Notes: generated by a model not told the origin, from the letters alone. A DNA stretch of 64,000 bases from Chrysomallon squamiferum (GCA_012295275.1 CM022665.1:25296001-25360000), one strand, 5' to 3'; positions 38,311-53,109 are shown, counted from the first letter of the stretch. A program made the numbers and translations.

Positions 38311-41300
38311 GCCATAAAATAAAATAACTTTACTTCCTTTTATTAAATATTTTCATTGAAATATCAGATTGGTTTTATTATTAAAGCCACTTCGCAGAAA
38401 ATTACGATTTCTGCTAAAGTAAATACCGCGTTAAATGTGTGCTGTGAAAATGATCCTCAGGGAATCAGGTAGCAAACGTAGTTTTTCCCGATTTGTTTTT
38501 AAAAAAAAAAATAATAGCAAAAATAAAAAAATTATCTTTGTACGTGTTTGTTTTGCGTCACTTTACAAACAGTAATGACAAACATGTGAGACCGGAGTTT
38601 GACGTCATCACGACTGCAATTCTGACTAGTGAGTATGAGAAAACAATTACCAATTATGAAATAAAAATATATGATGATGATGATGATGATGATGATATAT
38701 CAGTTTATCTATTTATTTATCTGTCCATCTTTTGTCCACCCATATATATGTCTGTTTCTATCTGTCCGTCTGTCTATCTGCTTTTATATATGTATATATA
38801 AAGAATCATATTACTTTTAAAGATGGCCGTCAGATTTAGCTTTGTCTGTGTCAGAAAAGATGATGTTTGACATAATTTAAACAATTAAAAATTATGCAGA
38901 CGATATTAATGTAATCGGAAATAAAATTCTTAATTTAATACTAATATATAGAAAATGTTTACTCAAATTTCAGTAGGTCTCATTCAGATAAATTAGCCAT
39001 TTTGTTCAAATTCAGTGATAATAAGTTTAGCAATGCTTTTAATATGAATTTACGTTTAGTACAGTTTTACTATAATAAAATATAATAAGCATGTATTCAT
39101 AAAATATATACAAAACATAATATATAAGAGTGATTTTTTTTTTTAATACCTTTTCTACGATTTTATATTAAAGTATTTTAGGCTCATATTAAGCTATAAT
39201 TATAAAGGATTGATCATGTTACATATTACGGCTTTGTCCTGCTTAATAACCATTAAGCTACAGCCCACCGTTTTGTTACGTTAAAACAAAGTATATTAAA
39301 GAAGTAATTAATTAAGAATCCTCAATTCAGACAGGGACTTGAGGTCAGATATTAACATTCAACATCTGAATAAATAAGAGACACTGCTCGAGATGAGGCT
39401 CATTTTCAGAAAAAACGTAACTAACTGCAGCCATTCAAAACACTAATTTGTAAGTTAAATTGTTAATGCTGATGTTGCTGTTTGTTGTTGGGTTTTTTGT
39501 TTTGTTGTTGTTGTTTTTGCGGTTTTGTTTTTTGTTTTGTGGGTTTTATTTTTGGTTTGTTTTTTGTTGGGTTTTGTGGGGGGAATTGTTGTTGTTATTT
39601 TATTGTTGGTGGGATTTTTATATATGTTCTTTTGTTGTTGTTTTTTTGTTTTTTTTCATCTGAAAGAATTACCTGCAATGACAAAATACCTCAAGGACAG
39701 TACTGTAGCAGATACTTAGAGACACCAGGTAGTGAAATAAATAATAAAAATGAAATTTGAAAAAACACATTTCTACAAAAAATCTTTCAAACACTGACTG
39801 AAGCCTGCTATATCCATTTTTTTTTTTTTTTAAATAAAATAAAATAATGCTGGTACAATAATTGACAATGTTTTGATCAGATCAATATATTCTTGTGATT
39901 TCAGGGCTCCGAATATTATTAGTATCATTACAAATGCTTAGGTTTTGAAAGCAAACTATCATTTTCCATGTGTTAATAAGCTCTTGATTGGGAACGCTGA
40001 ACTTATTAGGGTACTGAATGGACTTGGAATTCCTGTTCACATATTTGTTTATGCTTCTGAGACTCATGATTGTAAATCGGCAACATAATTTGATGGAGGT
40101 GTCGGTCCCCAGAACGTCCACGATTTTAACAACAGTAACCTGATTTGCGTTGTCTAAAACCCAAAGCTGAAGACGTATGCAGAACATTCTGTGAACAGTG
40201 CGTTTAAAATCATGAATGTAAACCAGACAAGATTATTTTGCACTGATTTATTTTATTTATTTTAATGGTTTTATCTTTAATGATAAATCCGTTTTGATAG
40301 ACATCATAATATAAATCTTTATTTACATTACAGCTAATTGCTTTATGAATAAAAATTAGTGTGTGTGTGCTTTCTTTTAACACGCATCACTATTATGTAT
40401 TGGTCAAGTTGCTGTATAATGTGATTAATACCAATACAGACCTGAATAAGCCTTTTCTGAAAGGTTTTATAATAATATAAGTAGATAATTATATTCTGAT
40501 TAAATTAAGACCTCTTACGTAATTATAACCCGTTGGTATTATGTCTAATAGCCTATCTTGTGATAACGAATATAACCGCTCCTTGGTAAAATGACAAAAC
40601 AAAAAAAGGGAAAAAACACTAGGGAATATTTTATCAAGTTATTTCAGAGACTTCATTCTTCAAACCAACTAAAAAATCCTCAACGGTTAAGTTAACGAAT
40701 TTCGTACCCAAACTTCGGCCTGGCTCGTGAACTTAGTATTTCTGATTATCTATTCATCATCCTTTTCATGGCATACCTCGATCTGAAGTTTCTTTTGTGA
40801 AAATATTTGTTATTCTCTTCTTATATTACATTATTACGAACAAAAAATCGCACAAATATCTGTGATTTCTGATACTGTCAATGTGAGCTCTAAGACGATA
40901 GACATACTTATATATTATTCTTTTGATTCGAAACGCGTACCTCAACAGCGCCAGATTAACCCACCAAAATACATGTATGCAAATGAGAGGAAGACACGAC
41001 ATGGCCTGGCTTGAAAGAAGACATGAATATTGATGAGTGTTTCGGTTTAAACATGTCTCGGCAGTCCACTGTATCATTGTACGTCTTGGACGAGCCGGCT
41101 ATTAAGTGTCAATTTTTAGAGTGTCGTATGTCACATTTGTAAAGTCTTAGAGGACATCGACCAACATACAGCATGTCCACAGTTTATTTTCAAATAGTCG
41201 TTATTGTGACAAGAGACCATTCCTTTTCAAAACCTGTGCGAAGACACGCACACACGCACACATACACACATACAAACATACATACATACACACACACATA

Positions 41301-41659
41301 CATGCATACATGCCTTTATACACATACACATATGTATGTATATATATATATATGTATAAACATAAGTATACACTTATATGCGCAATAAACTGCATACACA
41401 TACATCCATTAAAATGATGATGTCGACAACATTACTTGCAGTTTCGTTCATTTGTTGATTAAAATATTAAAAATGAATTACGATCCTGAGATGATTCCCC
41501 TGATTATTCAAGTTATGTAATCACTCCTAAACACGTTTACACATCTCACATTGTAATAATTAATTTTTGAATGCAATAACATTCGAAATCAAAATCTGAG
41601 AATAAAATAACACAAAATGACATTACAAGAATTACGGTGTTTTGTATAACTTAAACATA

Positions 41660-42120
41660 ACCATATATCTTGTGCACTATTTTTATATCTTAAACGCTAT
41701 TATATATTTTGTGCAATATTTTCTTTATCTTGTACGCTATCTTGTACAATGTGTACGCTGTCTTTTGTATCTGGTACGTTGTCTGGTGTAACTTGTACGC
41801 AATCTTGTATCGCCTGAATACTATCTTGCATGTTTTGTACGTTATCTTCTATACCTTGTACACTAGTATATTTTGTATGCTGTTTTATATAATGGGTTCG
41901 CTGTCTTCTGTATCTGGTATGCTATCCAGAATACCTTTTATGATATTTTGTACGCTATTTTGTATCAGTATCTTGTAAGCTAACTTCTATATCTCGTAAC
42001 TTAACTTTTTTTTTATCTTGTACGCTAAGCTCTATATCTTATACGCCGACTTGTATAAACTATACCTTGTTATGTATATCATGTACGCTATTTTGCATAT
42101 TTTGTACGTTATCTTGTACA
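41660..42120. repeat. Degenerate ~21-bp tandem array (TATCTTGTACGCTAT core)
   Basis: GTACG anchors at 41732, 41753, 41774, 41795 and onward. Confidence 0.82.
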
Positions 42121-44839
42121 AACTTTTAATATTTTAATCTTTTTATCTGTTTCCTCTTATTTCGTTTTTTTCTTGATCTTTTCTCTCTGTACTCTTGACT
42201 TAGGTTTTTCTTACTTTTTCTTCAGTTTTTAATATTGATTTTCAAAATAAAAATTACTATTAGAATTGAAAATGTGAATAACAAATTTTTATTTCGTTGC
42301 ATGTTTTTATCTTATAAATTAACGTGATCTTTGCTGCTATTTTTTACCTTTTCAAATATTTTTTTCTTTTCTTTCTTTTTTTTTATTCTCTAATAATTTC
42401 CTCTTCTTACCTTCCTTTTTTTTTTCTTTTTACATTTTCTATAACTATTTTTTATAATATTTTTTCGTTGTTTATCGCGTTTTCAAAAGACAGTGAAATA
42501 ATTTTGAATATTTATGGAATGCAAACGAAATAGACTTAGTTTTTGATTTCCTTTTACTAAAGTAACTTTGAAAACGTCATAATATATATACATATATTAT
42601 GACATTTTCAATGTATATTAATATATTAATGTAAAACTGATAAAAAAAAATCTATCTCAGATATGTATATTTGTATAAAATGCTGAATAAAAATATGTTT
42701 ATGTGTCTCTTTATGTATGCATGCATGTATATATGTATTTCTGTACGTATGAATGTATGTATGTATCTGTCTGTATATTTATCTATATATAGGTGCGTGT
42801 ATGTATATGTATGAATGTACGTGTATGTATATGTGTTTATGTGCATATGCATTTATGTTACGTATTTATATATTTTTAATTTTACCATCTATTTTATATC
42901 GCTATCGTATCAAACGTGAAACTGAAATGACGTGTCTTTTTAATTCAGATATAACACAAGAATACGCACATCCTTTCCAAACCGAGATTTTCGAGCCCTC
43001 TTCTTTAAAAACGTCAAACACTAATGAATACTGACAATACTATGGATGTGTGTGCATCCTGTTTATGAAGTGATCGCTTTTTAATCGACCGTCTGTCCAA
43101 TTACGACTTATTGAAGAAATACCAGTCAACACTGTGTGTTTTCTCAACCAAAACGCCACGGCAAAGACTGAATCGTACGTCTTAACCGTCACAATAATTC
43201 AATCAAAACCAAACAGCTTGTCTTATCAAAAGACGGGTCCTGTTAATCGTTCCAGGGCCTGTTGACACGAAGTTCGGTGTTTGGGAAATAAATAAACTTC
43301 TTTTTAGCGGCTGCACTCTGCTCCAGGAATCTTTGTTTTCGCATGTTTACTGTTGCTGTAGATCAGTATCATACACTGGAAAAATAAACAAAAATTCCAG
43401 AAATGGGTGGAAATAATGGTCGTGTTTCGATGGATAAATCAAAATAGACGGGGTTTTGCTTGCTGATAACATGTTTTCATTAAGTCATCGATAAACAGAG
43501 TTGAAATTGTACGTGAATACTCGACTGTTCCGACCCTGTGGAAATTGATTTTTTTTTTTAAGAAGCATGTGTGGTTTAATGGAAGATCTTGATGGTTGTA
43601 ACGGACGTTCAGTTTCTTTCACAAACTATGTATATTTTCATATTTAAAGTGTACTTGTGGCGTTACGAATAAATGGTTTAAAAATAGTTCTTTATACTTA
43701 CAAGTTATTCTTTTATCTAGATCTGTCATCATTAACCATAAATTATGACAATAAATATATGAAAATTGACATCATCGCGTAGTTTTCATTTTATTTTATT
43801 TTTTTAAAAAGTTTTTTTTTTTTTTTTTTTTTTGATAATGACAGAAGAAACAAGAGTAAATCGGTGGCTCTGGAAGTGATGTTAAACTGGATATCATGCT
43901 GGCTACAGAAATATTGTTATAAATGTACGCTTTTGTTGACATATTTCGCTGTTAATTAAGATTGCTAAAATAAACAAATAAACATGATTTGCTCAGTATA
44001 TTTAGTCTGTTTATTCGTATTGTCAAAGAGACAATGTAACAAGCACAGGACATCACAACAGTTATTTTTTATTTCAGTTTTAAATTCATTACCATAAATT
44101 CTACTTCTATATTCAGGTATTTTTTCTAGCACACAGTACCTAAAAGGTATTATTTATCAAATATGTATTATTCAAACGCACATTTAAAAAAATTAATAAC
44201 AAAAAGAGAAAAATAATAAACAGTGTTATCGGTATTGTTAAATAATTCAAAGCAATGTTTTCGCGTTATGAAGAGAACCTGATACTGTGATCTGATTTCA
44301 GAATCAAGTGACTGCTAACATGACCTGAACATATTTTATCTGAATTGTTTGCTACCAATATACTTAGATCCCAGAAGTATTCAAGTAACGTAATCTAACG
44401 AGCCCTTACGGATGCTGCAAACATGTTAATATTGAATTAACCTTCCGTGTTCTACGAAAGAATTGGGGTTGGTTACGTCACAATAGACGTCATATCTCTA
44501 TCTCGGAATTAAAAGTTTCCAGCAGGGACCAAGTAGTTAAAGAACATGTTTACTGAGTTTAAATTATAATGAAGCTGATGTCAGTGTCCGATGCTATCTT
44601 CAAGGACTTTTTTTCACAAGTTTGATCTGCTATACAGTTTCCAAGAAAGGAACCCACGATAAAAGTGTAAATATTCATGAAGAGCTTATTCAGTTCTGAC
44701 TGATATTATTATTATTTTTTCTACTATTTTGGTTCGGTTTCATTTGGTGATTGTTTGATTTTTGTTATTGTTTGTTTTGTTTTTGTTTCTTCTGTTTGTT
44801 TGTTGTTGTTTGCTTTTTTTCTGCTTTTTTTTAGTTTTT

Positions 44840-44990
<151 letters not shown>

Positions 44991-45536
44991 CTTTATTATT
45001 ATTACTTTGTATTATTATATTTTTCTTTCAGGATTGTTAAATTATTTACTTATGTATTTATTTATTATCATTTTATAACTTTTTATTACTGTTTCATTAA
45101 TTTTGTTCTTTCTCACTTTCTTTTCGCTTTGTATTTTTTATTCTTTTGTTTCGTTCTGTTATTAATTCAGAAATTCGCTTTTTGTTTGTTTTTTTTCTAC
45201 TCAAAGACATTGAGTAACGAGATAGTTAATATAAAATAAAAACAGAGAGATAATATTCATTTGCTAAAAAATAAAATGTCGACGATGTCCCATTGCTTCA
45301 TGTTCTTCTGTGCAATTTAATTTGTCGCCATTCCTAGATTATTATATGCTTGGCGCCATTACTGACTCACTTTTATATCTTTTTTCTTTTTCTTTTTTTT
45401 GTGTTTTATTTGTTTTGTTGGGCCGTTGTTGTTTTTTTGTTGTTTTTTTTTTTTTTTTTTTTAAATTTCTAATATTACTATTTTAAAAAACGGTATTTAT
45501 TAACTGTTTTACTTTGGGGCCTTACCACTTGTTTTT

Positions 45537-45567
<31 letters not shown>

Positions 45568-47076
45568 TAAACATAATATTTCTTTAAATGCAATATTCTT
45601 CAAACTTTTCTAATCTTTAGTTGCAATATTCTACAGTATTGTTACAGAAAAACGATTTCAAATCTGAGAAGAAAAAAAAAGTCAATTAAAATATACAAGA
45701 GTTATATATTTTTTATATAATTATTGTTATTAAATATGAAACCACCTGACATATTTCTCTGTCCAGTCAGGAACAATCACAGATATATTGAATTCTGAAG
45801 CAATCTGCGTTTAGCCTAAGTCACTGTATCACGTTAATGTATTGATCAATGTGCAAATCGCCAATACCCAGGGGGCTGTTAATGCATTGAAACGCTGGCA
45901 GTTTCACATTCCAGACGAAAATATTCTTCACATTGTTACCAGAGAAAACCAGAACAAAGTTGGTATTACATGACTAACATACATTGTCATTTTTAGATGA
46001 TCAAGTATTAACTGCGTTAAAATATATACATTCGTAGGTGCACAAACGCACGTGCCTAATACACACAGATACGCACATAGACGCACACAAATTCAAAGAT
46101 TTATTTATGTGTGTTATGTTTTTGTGTGTGCGTGACTGTATGGGTGTGTCTCTGGGTGTGTGAATCTCTGCTCAGAATATTATTCATTTCAGTGTTAAAT
46201 AAGACAAACTGTGAAAATATATTCAATCTAAATTACATTTAACCTTTTCTTTTAATGTCTGAAAAAATAAATTTATAGATGTATTCGCCATATTATTTAG
46301 TATCTTCAATTTCTGTTTTTAAATGTGTGCCTGTGTGTGTGTGTGTGTGTGTGTGCGCGTGGTTGTATGTTTGTTTGTAAGCTCGCATTATTATACTATG
46401 TCTTTAAGTAATTACGTTCTACGTATTCTACAATGTGTTCAGTTATTCTCTCCTGCACCCAACGAAATGTGTCTTTTTTTCTTTTTCTTCTTTTTTACGT
46501 GAAATGCGTACACTAGGTAATACAAAACAGCTTTTTTCTTATTAGTTTGTACTGCTAATAGCAGTAACAATACATCTTTTACCTAAAAAGTCAAAGGCAT
46601 CAATAAAAGCATATGATCTAAAAAGAAAATTTCGTTTTAATGTTTTTGCACCATTATCTAACCTCGGTAATGTAAAGGAAGTATTAATTTGTTATCAATA
46701 ATCGTACATTTTGCTTATGCTATGCAATTTTACACCAATGACGTTGGCTTAGCCGGTAATCCCAATGCCGGGCATTTCCGTCTCTGTGCACAAATTCAGC
46801 CTTGACCGGTGATGAATGTGTGCCAAAGGGTATCATTGATTAGACAACATTCTAGAATCCTCATATAACAAATAATGCAGTGGGTATATCCTCAGGCTCT
46901 GTTGGTAATTGTATATAGCACAATATGAAATAATCTCAGAATGTGGTTTCTGGTGAATATTTATTTCTAGACAAACGGTGTATCATTATTTATGATACGC
47001 ACACATGGATCGTGTGTATGATAATTTAACTGAATCTGTGTACTGTGAATTCTGTAATGACACCGGCAGGTTGCTC

Positions 47077-47079
<3 letters not shown>

Positions 47080-47148
<69 letters not shown>

Positions 47149-47467
47149 CTCTGTCTCTGTGTATCTATGAATCTGTTTGTCTCTCCTATTCTCTCTATCT
47201 ACCTCTCTTTCTCTGACTGTCTGTCTGGTTCTCTCTATATATCTCTATAATTTCTATTTCTCTGTGTTCTGTCTCTGATTCTCGCCATCTCTCGATCTAT
47301 CCATCTATCTATCTGTCTATGTATCTATCTGTTTCTCACTGTCTCTTTTATTCTGTCTATCTGTCTGTTTCTCTGTCTCTGTCTATGATTCTCTTTTTCT
47401 CTCTCTATCTAACTGTATGTCTATCTGTCTATCCATATATCTCTATTTCTCTCTGATTCTCTCTCTG

Positions 47468-47514
<47 letters not shown>
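47080..47514. repeat. (CT)n / (CTAT,CTGT)n / (CA)n compound simple-repeat tract
   Basis: Direct reading. Confidence 0.9.
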
Positions 47515-47515
<1 letters not shown>

Positions 47516-49396
47516 CTGTTTTACTTAGCTTTTTCAATAAAGTTGAATGCAATAAATCGAAATTATGGCTATTTATTCATTCATTCATTTATTCATAAGC
47601 TTTAGTGGACAGACTAATGGTCGAGATCATGTATTCTGTAACTGGTGTCTTGTGTAAGTCGAAATTTGTTTGTTATTCCTTTTTAAATACAATATTAAAT
47701 CGGAAACACTGTTTTATAACATTCTATATTTTATTACATTATATATAATATTACTATTTATTTTACTGGCCAATACCATTCTATAAAATTGGCCATTTTA
47801 TTTATTTATTTATTGTTTGTTTGTTTGTTTGTAATATCCCAGATCTGTTTAATATATAGTTCAGCATTTCGATATGATAAATATGTTTAATGCCGTCCAC
47901 CCAAACAAGATTTCATTCGTTCACAGTTGATAATGTAAAAAGATCTATTCACTTTGATGTAAATACTAATAAATTAATTATATGTTTATATATACGTATG
48001 TATGTTTGAAATCTACGTGATGACAGATCTCTAACGTAGCAAATTTATCCCGTTTTGACAAAGCTGTTATGTCAATATGGTATTAGCTGTAAATTGGTCA
48101 TTTTACGAAATCACTTTAATATGTCAACCGACCTCTTGACCGGTATTACTTGCTCTGCTAATAGTGAATGTGTTTATGCATGTGATTTTGCTCTGACACT
48201 ATCTCAGCTGATGTGTGTACTGTGTTCATTGTGTTACAGCAATAGATATACGAGATAAAAAGCAGTCGATAATGCAGATTCAATCAAACCATATTATTAA
48301 TTTAAATGTATGTAAATTAAGGCACCTTGATACGGTGGTTTTAGTTTGTTGTATTCTTGTTGTTGCTATGGTTTTAATTCTTTATGTTATGTTAGCCGGT
48401 TGGTTGGTTAGGACATTGATTACTCGGTGTCATGTTTTCTTGGTTTCATGTACGATTATATTTTTCTAATTTCTGCCATAGCAGTAGTTTCAGTTTCAGA
48501 AATAACTTCCTTTATTTAGTTTTTTTTTAAATAGTTGAATAATATTATGGGCATTTTTTAGAAATACGGTATACAGTCTCTATTCTTAAACTCTCGATGA
48601 CGACAAACATTTAGTAATAAAAATATTATTACATTATCCAGCGTTTTATTTTCGTATTTGGTCATGTTTTATAGTGGGCTCAGAGTGTAGGAAGTGCGGG
48701 ATAAAAATATGTGTTTCTGTTTAGTAATACGATAAAGAAATGGGATCAAAAATAGATAAGCTGTCTGGTTCAAGCTGAGTAAATTCAGTAAAGACCTTCT
48801 GAAGCTAATTACAGGACAACAAAATAAAATAACATACTAGCCTCCTTTAAGACAGCAATAAAAGGTACATTGAATTGCAGCTGAAAATATAACAGGAATT
48901 TATACATTTTTGGGTTAGTTTTTTAAATTTAAAATATATGTCTGAATTTTATCTCAAGTTATTAGACCATCCTTTTTAGCCACATGAGTTAATACTCTTT
49001 CTAGTTAAATACATATATATACTGCTACTGAATAAATTCGATGAGAATTCTGAAGAAGTAGTTACAAGTTATTGAAGTAACTGGAAACATTTTCAAATTT
49101 ATTAGATACCTAAGAATTGCAAGTTTGACATACAAATTGTATTACAAAGAAACAAAATTTCTTCTGTATTTTATTCTTGAATTTTTCTGATGACATCGTG
49201 TAAGAGTCTACAATGTTGTTGACAATCATGACAACATCGTGGCAACTACACTTGTCCTGACTTTGTATTCACATCTCTTGTCTTATTATTCCACAACTCA
49301 AAAGAAGATGTAGTTTATCCATTTTTGTATTAATCCAATTCCTTGATTGCACCAATACTTGAATCGATCATCACCCTTTCCTTTTGGCCAGACAGG

Positions 49397-49761
49397 CACG
49401 TGACAAGCATTAACTGTTTTCTATTGGGAAACGTGAAAAGGACGTTTGAAACGTAGTGGGTGTTGAAGAAAGGACGTTGTTAACAAACAGTACGTTCTAG
49501 AACCAACGTTACGTGAGTCTTGGGTGTCGTAGAAAGGGCATCGTAAGAGTTGTGTGTGTCGTTAAGTGGATGCTGGAAGACAAATGAACACACAGCTACG
49601 TGTTTAGCGTTTAGCAAGTCTTTCTCAAGTAAGGTTCCAACCGTTAAAAGCACGTGGGATCATGTACCGATTTCCATACCGGTCAGGCATAAGCAAAGAC
49701 TGAACAGACTGTCTGAAATTCCGAGTAACGTCTATGCACGTTGGTGTAACTGCTGGCACGT
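49397..49761. promoter_or_regulatory. Candidate enhancer: dense ACGT-core (E-box/HRE/bZIP) cluster
   Basis: 13 ACGT cores in 365 bp of non-repetitive sequence, including CACGTG x2, TACGTG x2, AACGTG, CACGTT and CACGTC. Confidence 0.45.
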
Positions 49762-50959
49762 CTTCTTAAAATATTGTATTCATAACTGATGCATGTGTGT
49801 GTGTTTGTATATATTTCTACACAACTGTGTGCGTCTTAGTATGTGAGTGTGTATCTGTTCTCAGGCGTGTAAAGGAAACAAAAGATGAATTTGTTCATTT
49901 TTACGAAATAAAGTCCTAACTTTATTATGCTCAGATTTTTGACATTAGGTACAACCGTCTTTCTTTATTTATTTCTTTCTTTTTTTTTTTTTTTTTTTTT
50001 GATTTTTTGTTGTTGTTTTTTTTTTTTGCTGATTTTACTTTTTCACACAAAACATTAAAAACGGCAAATAGCACTTCGTTTGTTTACAGTTATTGTTTTG
50101 TTATATTTGCGTTTTTCGTTTTTCTTTTTTGTTTCTAGGTTTCTTATTAGTTTATTTTTATTTTCTTTCTTTCTTTCTTTTTCTTCTGTTTTTTCTATTT
50201 TTTCTTGGGAATGGCCTTTTAATTGCTATCTTGCTCCTTTTGTCCTTTTTCTACCTTTATTTATTTTTTAGGTGTTTATTTTACTGCTATTTGATTTGTT
50301 TTCTAAATAATATTATTTCTATTATTTATAAAGTTATTTCTCAAGAGTTGCATAAAAGACCAAATGATATTGCTTTAGCGAACAACTCTCTCAACAGAAT
50401 TGAACATACAAATATTGTTATACAAACATTCAAGTAAAAATGTCCAGTAAAATAACAACTTAGCCTAAAACATAAATATTAAAATATAAACACCATTCAT
50501 AATTCTACAAAACCTAATTCGTTAGTATAATTTATAGTTGTAATCTACAAATAATAGTTTACATATAAGAATGTCAAATGTAAGGTTTTTCACATATAAT
50601 TTTGGAAAAAGTTAGATTTTCTGTTTTTCTAGAATCCGTATTCGTTGCGCAGCTAGCGTACAATGCGTAACTTACTGTTGTACAAAATATTTAGATGAAT
50701 AAATAACGAATTATTAGCTTGTTTCTTTTTTCCGTTTGTTTACCTCTGTGTTTTGTTAATGCCCGTAGAGGGGTGCTTTTCGGGGGAAGTGGGGTTTTTT
50801 GGGGGGAGGGGGTATCTGTTTCTAATGTGTTTTCTTATTGTTGTATTTCATTTTTCTCTAAAGTCATTATGTAAAATTTAATCAAGACAACTTAATTTAC
50901 GAGCATGATGAAATGTAATAAATTCTATTATTATTTTGATGCAATAAAATAATATTTCA

Positions 50960-50991
<32 letters not shown>

Positions 50992-51494
50992 ACCTTTAAC
51001 TAAATACCTATCATTTATATTAAGTTTTATTACGTAATCAGAATGCGTCACCGTTATACGTAGATCTTCGAAAAACACAGACACCGTTTGAAGTATTTCT
51101 CAAACCAGACTTGGAGTGTGATACGATTAGCTTCAAGAGCTGTCACCAGAATAACTCATTTGGGCGTTATCAGTTAATACAGTGTATTTACAGAGCACCA
51201 GTAAATGATACAGGGGATAGATATGTGTGATTAATTTACACCACTTTAGTCGTCTAAGGTGATATTTATTGAGTGGCCGGCATAACGCTTTAATTTAGAT
51301 GGATTTTCAAGAACGGATTGCATGAATCCTGATAAAGTCGCTGTTAATCAAATGGTCAAATAAAAAGGAAATATGAGGTCAAGTTGTACTGATGGATCTC
51401 AAGAGATTTGTTGTAATAATCAAAGTCGGGTCATTTGTTAGAGAAAATTAGGAAACTGTTACTTTTTTTTTCTGTTTTTTTTTTTTTTTTTTTA

Positions 51495-52022
51495 TTTGTT
51501 CACTTTGTTTTCATTTTGTGTATACTTTCTGTTAAGTTTGAGTAAACTTAGTGTTCAGTTTGAGTAAACTTAGTGTTCACTTTGTTCTCATTTTGTGTAA
51601 ACTTTGTGAATACTTTCTGTTCAGTTTGTGTAAACTTAGTGTTCACTTTGTGTAAACTTTGGGAATACTTTCTGTTCACTTTGTGTTCACCTTGTATGTT
51701 CAGTTTTTGTTCACTTTGTGTTCCTTTTATGTATACTTTCTGTTCACTTCGTGTAAACTTTGTGTTCATTTTGTGTAAACTTTGTGTTCACTTTGTGTAT
51801 ACTTTCTGTTCACTTTGTGTAAACTTGTGTTCACTGTGTAGTCATATTGTATTCACTTCGTGTTCACTCTATTTACAAGTTGCGATTACTTTGTGTTAAC
51901 TTTGTGTACAGTTTGCGTTCACATTGTGTTCCGTTTGCGCCGACGTTGAATACTTTTGTATTCTTTTTTGCACATGCTGTTGACACGTTGTATTCACTTT
52001 GTTTTCTCTTTGTATTCACTTA
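51495..52022. repeat. Degenerate 11-bp-based tandem array (TTTGTGTTCAC / TTTGTGTAAAC / TTTCTGTTCAC)
   Basis: Direct reading. It produces the KVNTKFTQ-like periodic ORFs. Confidence 0.88.
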
Positions 52023-52084
52023 GTGCTGTGAATCAGTCTGATGCTCTGATTCATCTGTTTGCCTTTCTATCAAGGATTTTAATA

Positions 52085-52243
52085 ACAGCTCATCACAGGC
52101 CGTAATACATGCTCTCCTGTCTATGGGAAAGTGCATATAAAATAATACTTCTTGCTGTTAATTGGAGTCCCTCTGGAAGACGTCTCCTCTTATATCATTA
52201 TTAACAGTTAAAGATTTGCTGAGTTACTGTTAAACAACCATTC
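52085..52243 (+). mobile_element. Degenerate SINE, Meta/MESC-like core plus 3' tail
   Basis: ATCACAGGCCGTAATACATGCTCTCCTGTCTATGGGAAAGTGCATATAAAA..CTTGCTGTTAAT closely follows the recalled core. The 3' TGCTGAGTTACTGTTAAACAACCATTC resembles the usual tail. Confidence 0.7.
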
Positions 52244-52491
52244 TCACATTGTAATGTTTATCAGTTTTTTCCACTTAACGTATTGACAGAAAGCTGCATA
52301 AATCCTTATCATTAACATATTTGAATTAAAAGATGGCTATCATGGACGTTAAACTGATTATTACAATTACTGCTGTTTATGTACTAACATGGAAAATTGA
52401 TTACAAAGATAACTTTTGTTTCCAGAAGGTACGGGCAAGCACTTGCGTATAAGCAAACATAACATTAAAACTAAAACAAAAATTAATAAAT

Positions 52492-52531
<40 letters not shown>

Positions 52532-53074
52532 CTTTTGTCTGTTTCAGAGACTATTTCTGGAACGGTAAATAAGCATCCGGTGATTGATATTATTCCGGTG
52601 TTGACCGCCTCGACTAACCCAGCCAGAAACACAGACTCAACAAAGGTTAATAGTAATTATTACGACCACTAATGACTATAAGATCTGAAACAATATTTGT
52701 GCACCAAAAACACATTCTATTTGTTTAATTGATGAAGCTGCTTTTACATCGCTTTTATGGAACTTGCAGCGGTTTTTCCTAATAAAAATATTGATTCTCC
52801 GTATAAGCTAATGTCAAGTGTAACAACCATTTTTGTGTTTGCTTTTGCAACACACATTTTAACTAAAACTGAATTACACACGGTTCATAAACAGATCTAC
52901 AGCAATCCATGCCATCCAAACAGAGCGTTACAGCGCAGTGCATGAGTAAATAATAGACGATGCATTATTTTCTCAAAATAACAAAATGTCTTTAAGTGGA
53001 ATCTATCTGCTTTTATTCACAGGCTTGTGTAATAAGCATGTGGTCACTTGTTTTGTGAGTTATTTAAATATCTT

Positions 53075-53109
<35 letters not shown>

